Source of the DNA: Lama guanicoe
Lineage: Eukaryota
Assembly: GCA_013239625.1 (NCBI GenBank)
Contig: MU054541.1
Location: forward strand, 6,119,530-6,183,529
Length of the DNA: 64,000 nt
Direction of reading: 5' to 3'
In this document: positions 53,676 through 64,000 of the stretch, in pieces
How positions within the stretch are numbered: the stretch's first letter is position 1
Layout: each line of letters opens with the position of its first letter
Translations under genes and position numbers: made by a program
Notes under the pieces: model-generated
Told to the model about the DNA's origin: nothing
What the model saw: the letters and a program-made list of their open reading frames with translations, nothing else
Database searches by the model: none

Positions 53676-55934
53676 TAACTGTAGAAATGTTAATGAATTT
53701 TTACTGCGAGGTGCTGCCCCAGGTGGTCATGTGTAGTGTATCTACTGGACTTCCTCAAGTCCAAAATATTCTGAATTTCAAAGCACACGTGGCCCCAAGG
53801 ATTTCAGACAAGAGATAAATGGACCTGCGCTTTTTTGCTCCATTTAGCAGATGTGTTTTGAACACTGACTTGGGCATAAGAAGAAAGGGATGAGTAAGAT
53901 CAGGCCCTGGCCTCGGGAAGTTCAAGGTCCAGTGGAGAAAGGACACCTTGGAGGGGGGCTGTCTTAACAGCTTAAGACATTAAGTGCTGTGGAAAGTTCC
54001 ACACAGGGTGCAGTGGGAACGTGGGTCACAACATAGCTGGAAGGTTCAGGGAGGGCTTCCCAGAGGAGATACTGGAGTTTCTTAGCTACAAAAATGAAGT
54101 GTGTGACCTTCCTGAGCTTCCGTTTCCTCAACTCTAAAATGCGGTTGAGGAAACGACACTGTAAGGCTGTTATGAGGATTCATCAGTAACTGTTTGTAGC
54201 GTGCTTAGAGCATGCTTAGCTGCACATAGTAAGCTCTGTGTAAGCATGTACAAATAAGGTAAAATAAATAATATATTGAAACGGCTGCCCGGTAGTTCTA
54301 CAAAGGCCTTTTTAAGCGTTAAAGTCAGTGGCCAGTCAAGTGCTAGGATTAAAGAAATCGCTCACATGTTTCCTGGGCTTTCTCTCCACCTCCTGTTGGG
54401 GCTTCTTTGGATGGAACGTTAATAATCCTCTTAAGCAGACCTGTCCGGGACTTCACCCAGACATTAGTGTCTGCTTAATGGGCTGTGGATTTAGGAGCTT
54501 CATCTCCCCTTAAGCTCTTAAGAGCTTTCCAGCGCACGTTACTCCTTTACGCGCAGCGCTGATGCGCTGGGTGGCCGCACCTCCATGGCTTGTTCAGGAC
54601 TAGGGCGATAGGTCTGCTTCAGGCCATCTTCGCAGGGGATGCATCTGTAAAATTCGTCTGGTGCTGCACCTATCTACTGAGGGTGGGAGGACGAAGCCTT
54701 TCCCTGCCGCTGCAGTCTGGCTGGTTCAGCTGCTCTGAGAACTCACTTAGCTCACGGAACCCTCTCTGATAACCCCAGGAATGGCATTGAAAATGCTTCT
54801 GTTTTATTCTCAGCATTGCCGGCCACTAAATGCAAACAGTATTCGTCTGATGACTATCTTAGCCAGTCTCATTTCCATTTCAATTACTGTAGTCGGTAAT
54901 AAAGAATATGTTAAACGTTTCCAAAAATGGGTTCTACTCAACACTTGTTCTAGGGATATTAATATATGTTACTCTTAGGGTTGTCATAGAATTTATGTTA
55001 TAATAAGTTACAAGCACAATGTTTCTAGTATTTCTTATGGTGCAATCCTCCTTTTTTTCTTCTTGAGTATTCCCCATGTCTCTTGTTCATGTCCTCTCAG
55101 AAACCTCACGTAAATGGGTATTCCTGAATAACCAAACGTGCACTTGTACTTAGGGGTGATAAAAGTGGCCGGCCTTCTGTCCCTTATTCGAGGGCAGGTG
55201 GGGGTGTCCTTGTTAATTTACCACTTGTACATTGCAGGGTCCACATGTGAGGGAAAAAAAAAATCTGAAGAAAGGTCTCTGTATTTCACACCAAAGACCG
55301 CAAAGGACAGAGCAGGAATCTCCTGGGAAAGCAGTAGCCACATCTTTTGGGGCACGTGCCATTGTTCCTTCAGTGTTTCCCAAAGGGTCCTTGTGAAATA
55401 CAAATTTCTCAGGTGGCTCTGGGGGAAAAAAAGATCCTAGATAAATAATTTTGAAAAAGGCTTCTTATAAAACCTTTGTTTGGAGATTCACAGTGCTAAA
55501 AGCTCTGAGAAGTCCTGCAATAATGAATCCTCTGTAACTTCATCATACCCTGAACTTATGTGATGACAGAATCCTAGGTGTAACACATATTAACATCTCT
55601 AGAACAAATGTGTTTTTGGAAGTGTTCGTATATACTTTTTTAAATTAAACCATGGCAATTGAAATGGAAATGAGATTGGGAATGATATTCGTTGGATGAA
55701 TGTCATTTGGGTTTAATAATTTGCATTAGCCACTGGGAAACAGTGGTGAGTGGAAATGAGGCCCATGCTGTAGATATCATTAGATGTCTTTCCTCTCCTG
55801 TCATTTGGTGGCACTGTCCTTTCCCCATGATTTGCCACATATATTCTTTGTATTCCTCCTTTCCTGTAAAGAGTGGGGATTTCCTGAAGAAGAGTGCTAA
55901 ACTCATTTCCACTAACTTCATCACCTTTCAGCTA

Positions 55935-56410
55935 ATTCTGTAAAAGCCTAGGATTGTATTCTGCTGTAACAGAAACCAGTTGCAGTGACGACCAAATGAT
56001 GAGCTTGTTTTTCTCAGTGAGTCCAGAGGCTGGGACAGCGTCTCAGAAGTGTTGTCAGGCACACAGCTGTACTAACCTTAGTGTGTGTTCACATGGTTCT
56101 CGTGACCTCAAGACAGCTCTGCCATTCCAGGCATCGTCTCCCTATCTGTGTTCCAAACAGGAAGGGGAAAGAACCACTGGCTTTTGTCAGCTGAAGATGT
56201 ACCTTTTCTATCAGGAGAACAAGAGCTCGCTTAGAAGCCCCTCCCGGTGATACCTTCCTACATCTCATGAGAGAACTGTGTTTCATGGCTTCTCCGAGCT
56301 GCAGAGGACTCTGGAAAGTAGCGTTTAGCTTGGCACACACTTCCCGGGAAAATCAGGCTTCTGTTAGCAAGTAAGAAGGGAGGAATGGTCACTGGGCCAG
56401 CACCCACAGA
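55935..56410 (-). mobile_element. Old MaLR LTR (MLT1-like)
   Basis: ctaggattgtattctgctgtaacaga...caagacagctctgccattccaggcatc...gggcttctgttagcaag-like 3' part. Confidence 0.5.
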
Positions 56411-57904
56411 GTGTACCGAAACCATCACAGAATTAGTCCTTTTTAAAGAGCAGTCCATGTTCTGTTGTAGACTCAGTTTAACTTGGCGAATACTGACTGA
56501 GTGCTTTCTGTGAGCCAGGCACAGTAGTGTCTGCCTCCAGGGCGATCACAATCTAAGTAGAAAGAGATGGGGAAAAAAACTCTAATAAAGTTTAGTAAGG
56601 ACTACACTGATGATCTTAGAAAAAGATGGTTGGAAACATGGGTTAAATAGCTTGAAATCCATCCTAAACAGTACAAATAGCTCAACATCACATCAGATCT
56701 ACTCCTAAGGGAAGGAATCTAGTGGTTAGGGTTTCAAGGGAAACTATGTAGGTTTGAGCAAGGTATAGAAAAACAAACAAAAAAGCAAAAGAAGGTTGAA
56801 TCATGTCAATGTGTTGTTGTTTTTTTTTTTTCAGTAAGCCTTTTTATTTTGTTTTTAATCTTATTTTGTTTTATTTACTTTCCTTTTGATCCAGATTTCT
56901 ACATTGTTTAGATGGCTGTCTGTTTATAAACGTTATCCCCTCCCCAAAGTCTTCCTTCCTCTCCAGTCAGCCCCTCCCCCTTCTCTGCCCCACCCCTGCC
57001 CTAGAACTAGTGGTGAAAGATTTCAGGAGATTTGCAGCTTCCTTACCATCTCCACCTCCAACAGGTTCAGAAAAGGAGCAGTGCTTTGGTAGAATTATAA
57101 AGATTCTCAGAGTAACATTTGCAGCCCCTAAAATTGGCAAAAAAACAAAAACAAAAACAAAAACCAACAGAAGGCAACCTCCCACCCCATTCTGGACACG
57201 TGTGAGCTGCCCATTTGCCTTCAGGCTCCTAGGATCCATCGTTAGTGATTTTGTTATGTTTTTAAGCTTCCTGGAAATAAAATTCTTATCAAAATATACA
57301 TGCCTGGTGTTGAACTTGCAAAATTTCAAATGGTTCTTGGGATTCTCAGAGCCTCTGGATCACTGCTTCTAGGGGAAACCTAGAAGCGGGGGATGGCATG
57401 GACCCCTTGTTACTGGGTTAAACTGGTGACCTCTCAATCATCAATGAGTTCCACTCATTCTGCAGTTTATTTCTTTTTCTTTCAGAGGGACCATAATAGG
57501 TTTAGATGAAGTTCTTGTTTTGAATGTGTGCACACTATAGGTAAAGGGCGTGGCACCTATGAATGATTAGCTTCTCTAAGTGGATAAATTATAGCTCTGT
57601 AGGACCACTGTTAACCTTTGAGTTGCTAATATTGACCTATGAGTCACTAAGCTCTTTATACTTTATAGGAATTAATTTCTGTTGCATTTGGTTATTAAAA
57701 ATCTGGGATAGTCTGAGGAATTGTTTCCAAATGAAAATTTTATTTCAGTAGATGCAAAATGTGGAAAACGGCCTATATTCTATATTAAAGCAAAAATGTG
57801 TTTTTCCCCTTATACTGAACTCCTTTTTTCCTCTATCTCATATATATCATATGCCATTTTCTTTCTTAAAATTGTTGCCTCTGGGAGGAGTGACTGAACT
57901 TGAA

Positions 57905-58749
57905 TTTTTTTTTTTTGAGAAAGTTGTATTGAGAAATAATTTACATACCATATATACTTTACCATTTTAAAGCATGCAGTTCAGTAGCTTTATAATATTC
58001 ACAGAGCTGTGTAACCATCGCCACAATCTAGGTTTAAGACATCTTCATCCCCAAAAGAAACCTGTGTCCAGATCATTCCCCATTTACCCCACCTCCCCAG
58101 CCCTAGGCAACCACAGCCGCCATCTCTATAGATTTGCCTGTTTTGGATATTTCATATATAAGTGGGATCCAATACTACATGTCAGTTTCCTAGTGTTACA
58201 GAACAGACTACCACAAACTGGATGGGCTAAAACAATAGAAATGTATTTTCTCACCGCTCTGAAGGCCAGAAGTCCAAAATCAGGGGATTGGCAGGGTTGG
58301 TTCCTTCTTGGGTGCTCAGAGGGAAAAATCTACTCCTTGCCCCTCTTCTGCCTTCTCGTGGTTGCTGGCATTCCTTGGCTAGTGGGTGCATCGCTCCAGT
58401 CTCTGTCTCCGTTTTCACAAAGTGTTCCCCCCATGTGTCTTTGTGTCTTCTCATGGCTTTGTTATAAAATAAGTAATGTCTGTCATTGGATCAGAGCTCT
58501 CCCTAAGCCAGTGTGATCTCATTTTAACTAATTATATCTGCAAGGACCCGACTTCCAAGTGAGGTCACATCTGAGGTTCTGTTGGATGTGAGTTTGGTGG
58601 GGACATTATTCAACCCAGGACAGTGGCCTTTTTTGTTTTGACGCCTTTCGCTTACCACAAATTTTCAAGGCTCATCCGTGTTGTAGCATGTATCAGAAAT
58701 TCATTCCTCCCTTATGATACTTCAACATAAGGACATACCACATTTTATT
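57905..58749 (-). mobile_element. L1M 3' end interrupted by a nested MLT1 LTR (about 58178-58622)
   Basis: Poly-T, tattgagaaataatttacatacca...ccccagccctaggcaacca; MLT1 (accacaaactggatgggct..gaaggccagaagtccaaaatcag..ggggacattattcaacccaggaca); L1 resumes at gtggcctttt. Confidence 0.8.
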
Positions 58750-58884
58750 NNNNNNNNNNNNNNNNNNNNNNNNNNNNNNNNNNNNNNNNNNNNNNNNNNN
58801 NNNNNNNNNNNNNNNNNNNNNNNNNNNNNNNNNNNNNNNNNNNNNNNNNNNNNNNNNNNNNNNNNNNNNNNNNNNNNNNNNNNN
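58750..58884. other. N-run, 135 nt, at an L1 3' region
   Basis: Direct. Confidence 0.99.
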
Positions 58885-59445
58885 CTTTTAGATCTGTCAA
58901 TTATGATGTACATATTTATGTCATTTGGCAGTAATGGCTGTTAGTTATTAAAATCCTGGCTCATTTTCTGCCTCTTGGAATTGCTGTGTATTTCAATGAC
59001 TTTTCCAGTGACTCACCTTTGGAGAATTATGAGTTGTGAGAAATATGCCTTTATTCTTTTCTATTCTTTTATTTAATGGAAATCTACTGTTAACACTAGA
59101 AAGAAAGATGTGTAGCCTTACACTTGCTAAACTCTAGTCACGTGCTGATTTGTGCCTTTCCTTGTTTTTGTAAGTAGGTAGAACGTCCAATTTTTTAACC
59201 ATTTACAAAGGGTTTTGTCTTTATGATAAGTTGTAACTGCCCTTGCAGGGAGGTGCCCTGAGACTGCTCTCTTCTGGCTGCTTAACTTGGGATCCAGTCG
59301 ATTTTCTTTCAAAAGAGCAGTTGGTACTTAACCAGAGGGTGTTCTCAGTCCCTCAGCTCCACAGATCTGTTGTTTCTGCTGTGATCTTTTCTCCAAGTGC
59401 AGAGAACGTGCATTAACTGTCAGGGAAAACTCATTAGTCTAGACC

Positions 59446-59630
59446 AGTGGTTCTGACTCTACCTGCATCAGAATCACCTGGAAGGCTCGTTCAAGCTCAG
59501 ATTCCTGGGTCTCACTATGCGTGTCTGATACAGTCGGCCTGGGGTGGGGCCTGAGAATGTGCATTTCTAACAGGGTCCAAAGTCATGTTGGTGCTGCTGG
59601 TCCCAGCGCCACATTTTGAGACTCATCGGC
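59446..59630. mobile_element. hAT-Charlie MITE MER5A
   Basis: cagtggttct..gcatcagaatcacctgga..ctggggtggggcctgagaatgtgcatttctaacag..gctgctggtcc..cacattttgaga. Confidence 0.85.
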
Positions 59631-60284
59631 CTGGCACCCAAATGCACGTATCACTTTGACTATTGTTCAGCCAGGGCTTCTCAAAATTTAATGTGCATGT
59701 AAGTCGCCTGGAGATAACCCTCACTGGTTCTGACCCAGTAGGCCTGGGAAGGCTTCCAAGACTCTGCTTGGGTAGTTTTTTGCCTTCGTTCAACTGTAGT
59801 CACTCCATAATGAAACAAGCTTGCCTGCTTTAAGCAGATGATCAGGATATAACTTTAACATGTAGTGGAGGGGTGCTCTGCAAGTTACATGATAATTGTG
59901 GGGAAATCAGGGTCCAGAATGGCCCAGATTAGACCCAAAGAGAAAATGGTTCAGACCTTTAACATATATTTGGAGTTCATTAAAATTCTCTAGTGTGATC
60001 TTTTATATGTATGTTTCCAGGTTCTAAAATGTGTGTTTCACATGTCCTGTGATTGAACAGAATAGATCCTTATGGGGATTCTAAATTCATTCTCTTAAAT
60101 TAATGGGGTTACTTCTTGTTTTCCCTTTTCTCAGCCTCCTGGCAAATTAACGTAGACTTGATTCTATCAACTTTAGGGACTTATTGTTCAGCATATTTTA
60201 TACTTACCACCTAGAAGGATTTTTGTTTTATGGAAACAAAATCAATATTTCATAAAGCTAACTTTTGTCTTTTTCTCTTGGCAG

Positions 60285-60396
60285 GTCACTTACAACCTTG
60301 GGGTTGGTTATCTCATCGTTGGCTGACCAGGCAGCTGGCAAGGGTAAAAACAAATTTGTGCCTTATCGGGATTCGGTCCTCACTTGGCTTCTTAAG
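60285..60396 (+). CDS. KIF13A: KIF13A exon 10 (112 nt): [37 protein letters not shown]
   Basis: ctcttggcag|GTCACT...CTTAAG|gtaatt; short loop 12 K-loop and VPYRDS motif. Confidence 0.98.
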
Positions 60397-60776
60397 GTAA
60401 TTCATTGTTCCAGTGTTTCTTTTCCAGCCAGAAACTGGCTGTTTCAGGGGTGGCAGCTGAGATGTGTGCAGAGCTAATGAGGTAACTACACAGCGAACTC
60501 CTGACAATGCTATTATCCTGATTCCTAAACATGCAGAATGAAAGCTCATTCCTGTTGCCTTTTTCCATTAAAATGCTGTTCAGCAGGCACTATGCATTGC
60601 TGTGAAGAGAGATCTCCTTTCATTTTGTTATAAAATTATTTGTGGAATACAGACTCATTTCCATGTCATGTTGTCTTCGCTGAGAATGTGACCCGTGCAT
60701 GTTTACTGCTTTCCTCGTGTGTGTTGTGCGTAGAATGAGCCTCGTTTCCAAATATGATCTTTGAAATATTCTGCAG

Positions 60777-60989
60777 GACAATTTGGGGGGCAACAGCCAG
60801 ACCTCTATGATCGCCACCATCAGCCCAGCAGCGGACAACTATGAAGAGACCCTCTCCACACTAAGATACGCAGATCGGGCCAAAAGAATCGTTAACCATG
60901 CCATTGTGAATGAGGACCCCAATGCAAAAGTCATCCGGGAGCTGCGGGAGGAAGTGGAGAAACTCAGAGAGCAGCTCTCGCAGGCGGAG
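60777..60989 (+). CDS. KIF13A: KIF13A exon 11 (213 nt): [36 protein letters not shown]...EQLSQAE
   Basis: ctgcag|GACAAT...GCGGAG|gtactg; end of motor domain, neck linker and neck coil. Confidence 0.98.
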
Positions 60990-63033
60990 GTACTGTCAGC
61001 CTGGTGCTCCCTGTGTTCCAGGCTCCCCGGCTTATGGTGTCTGAGTGCTGAGGACGTGCTCACTTGCAGCTCATCTCCGTGTGGTTGAAGGGCACCTTCT
61101 CTGTGCTAAGCACCGTGGGGGCCGCAGGAGTGTAGCACAAGGCTGTGTCCCAGGTCCTGGCAGTGGAGGAAGCAGGCAGTTAAGGGAGAGGTCCTGCCAC
61201 TGCCTAATTGTTTGCTTCTGTCAGTCAGTTGCCCTTGAGCCCAGATCTCTTCCGATGTGAAATCCTAAGAACCAAGTGTGCTGTTTTGATGAACCTTGTA
61301 GATTATATTCCCACTGGGCCTTGCCGTTTTCAGAGAAGTCAGTTCTCTGTCACCTCCTCACTAAATCATAGAAGGCAAGATGATCAAGAATAATTAAACA
61401 TAAGGAATAATTCAGAAGTCTCCTTCTATGTTTTCATTTATATCAGCTGCTGACAGGGAGCAATATCAATAATTTTGCATTGTTACCTTCTTTCCTGGGC
61501 TTTACTCAGACTTTAATAACCATACTCCCTTCTGAATAGCTGTTGCCGGGTGAGGCTCTGTCTCATTGAATAGATATTAGGACTGAGATGGAAGCCAAGC
61601 GCCTTGACTTCACTCACATGCTTCTGCATGCTGGGGCTCGGATGTGCACCTAAGGCTTCTCAGTTCACATTCCTTCATACCACTCTCTTCTGACTCCACA
61701 AACAAAAAGAAGTCAAAGCCAGGGATCTGAATACTCCATTTACTGGTGATCGTGGAGTGGCATTGTAAATATTTGTTGACATGTCTTTCTCTTCTTCCGG
61801 GCTATGGGCTCCTAAAGTGCAGGATGCTGTGTTTTATTAATTTTCTTTTTGTCTCTAACCCCTAATACAACACTGATACTGGAAAGGACTTAACACAATG
61901 CCTTGCCCGTCACTAAGTGCTCGATAAATGTTGCTATTTTTGTTATGATCATCATTATAATCATCACTGAGTGCATCAAGCATAATTTTTGTTACTGATG
62001 CCAAGAAGGGCAGCAGAACACCAGAGACACCAAAATGCTGATAAACTTTGACGAGAGTCATGATCCTAGGAGGAAAGTGTAAAGGCTCTGAAATTTGTTT
62101 TTAGGAGGATGATCTCTGGCCTCCCTCTTGTCTCTGAATCTGCATTTTTACTGTGACAGGTCAGGCAGCCAGAACAGTGCCTGGCCAAAGGGTAGAGAAG
62201 AGGAGCCACAGCAGGTTCACCTAGAATTTTCATGTGTGTCCCTTGGAACCCAGCACTAAATGTCCCTCTCGGGCTCTGTGAACACGGAGACCCAGGCATA
62301 CTCAGCCAGCCTCCAGATCGTCACCACGTCAACTTCTTGTCCGAACGAGAGTTACACTCTACAGGGGCTCTTGTTACTCTAGGGTGTCAAAGCACATTGT
62401 GGCCAAGTAAAGTCCCCCCGCCTAGATTTCTCAGGCTGCATAGATCTATATTTAGACCCCTAAATTATTCTCACTGAGCAAACTCAGTGAAATTACTGCC
62501 CTTTTCACCAGATGTCCTGTTTCCAAGTGAGTAATAAATATGCTTAGATTTATTACCATCTCTGAGAAAAGTAGTTTAAATGGCCCGGACTGAAATTTTA
62601 AAATAAATGAGAAGAATCTCCACCTTTCCTGGTAAGTTAGTATAACTGGAATGTGTGTGTTGGTGATGGGTGTTGATCTCTGTCTGATTGAGAAAGAAAT
62701 CTACTTCAGTCATTTGTTCTTGCACTTTTCTGTTTTGAAGATGACCTTTAGCATCTTTTAGGTCTTTAAATATGAAATTTAAGTATGATGGATAAAATTA
62801 CTCTGTGATGATTTGTATCAGTTTAATTCAGGGCATTGGAATTTCTTTTTCTCCTTTAAAAAGTTACTTTCATTTCATTTGATTAATACAGGTCTAAAAC
62901 CCCTCCGACAGTGTGTGGCTTAATTGCTTCCAATACACTGTTGGTAACCGCTTAAGAAGGACAGTAAGGGGTTGTCTTGTATATAATGATGGAAAAAATT
63001 AGAAAATCAGGTATCTCTGCTTTCATTTTAAAG

Positions 63034-63144
63034 GCTATGAAGGCCCCTGAACTGAAGGAGAAGCTGGAAGAGTCTGAAAAGCTGATAAAAGAACTAACAG
63101 TGACTTGGGAGGAGAAGCTGAGGAAAACAGAAGAAATTGCACAG
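63034..63144 (+). CDS. KIF13A: KIF13A exon 12 (111 nt): AMKAPELKEKLEESEKLIKELTVTWEEKLRKTEEIAQ
   Basis: tttcattttaaag|GCTATG...GCACAG|gtagct; CC1 with the neck-coil/CC1 junction proline and the TWEEKL motif of kinesin-3. Confidence 0.97.
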
Positions 63145-63699
63145 GTAGCTTGATAACTTAGGCCTAAAATATTGCGATTCTTTGCATTTGCCATCTTTTC
63201 TGTCTCGCCGCTTGTCATCCTCAAAAAGACCTTTGAGGACCTCTTTCTGCTGAACCAGAGCCTGCAAAGATCCTTTCCAGACACTGACTTCATTGTCTTT
63301 TATCAAGTACAGTTTGGTCCATGTATTTGCTAGAAGTGTTGGAGAGCACTGGATTTGTGCAGGCGTGGTACAGGAAATGCCTTTAGCGTGTCCTGCTCTT
63401 CGCATTTAAACAAAAGTCTGTTCCATGATTTTAGATCACCTGGCGAAGCATGCAGCTATACCTGATTGGCAGAGACTTTATAACAGACGGCGCATCCTAA
63501 TTTTTTCAGTGTGTTTGCTTCTTTGGGCTTGTTAGAAAATGCTGTATGAACTTTGCTTGAGCTAAAATAGTAAGCAAGGACTAATCTGTAGACACGCGTG
63601 AGTATGTGGGTATGATATGAATCTCTACACTGTGCATTTCATGAACGTTTTAATCTTATTGACCACTTGTAAGTATTGGACCATCCCAATCAGGTAGCT

Positions 63700-63990
63700 T
63701 GAAATCAGTAGCTGGGGACCTAGTCCAGCCCTCTGCTTGTATGTTGCTTGTAGATATCACAGACATACACCTAACTTTCTGTAACTCCTCCATTGCTTTA
63801 TAGTCACGTCAGAGCACTTAACACCACTGGAAATTCTGTATTTTACATGGCTGTTTTTTTTTATGGTCTGTCTTCTTCCACTAGAATATAAGTTTGCATG
63901 AAAGAAGGAACTGAAGTTTTTTGTTGCTGTGTTCCCAGCCCTAGATCAGTACCTAAATACATACTTATTTCTTGAATAAGTGAATGAATT
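63700..63990 (+). mobile_element. L2 LINE 3' fragment
   Basis: gtctgtcttcttccactagaatataag...cccagccctag...ttgaataagtgaatgaat. Confidence 0.65.
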
Positions 63991-64000
63991 CAAGGTCCTC

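Noticed and set aside
57974-58516. 180-aa ORF
   Set aside because: Runs across an antisense L1 3'UTR and MLT1; chance open frame
1-64000. CRISPR arrays, operons, rRNA or an endogenous viral gene
   Set aside because: No spaced direct repeats or long non-L1 ORFs seen; the sequence is explained by a spliced mammalian gene plus repeats, though short degraded relics could escape reading by eye

Overview
Mammalian genomic DNA, most likely a camelid (tRNA-derived Vic-1-type SINEs and camelid-type L1 3' ends). The whole window lies inside one + strand gene, the kinesin-3 motor KIF13A. Nine coding exons with canonical AG/GT sites and compatible phases are visible: a 13-nt microexon (exon 3 by human numbering from memory), exon 4 and exons 6-12. 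They cover most of the motor domain, the neck and the start of CC1. The 93-nt exon 5, which carries the first half of the P-loop, is not in the readable sequence; it may lie in the 148-N run at 43790-43937 or be missing. Introns contain L1, L2, CR1/L3, MIR, SINE, LTR and DNA-transposon relics. The most unusual object is a 3.1-kb antisense L1 in intron 3. It has a full 5'UTR and near-intact ORF1 but almost no ORF2 (splice-like junction) and an apparent 3' transduction. It also holds a strong cryptic exon on the KIF13A strand with an ATG in frame with exon 4. Repeat family names are by eye and their boundaries are approximate. I found no prokaryote-type system and cannot support a wholly new biological system from sequence alone.
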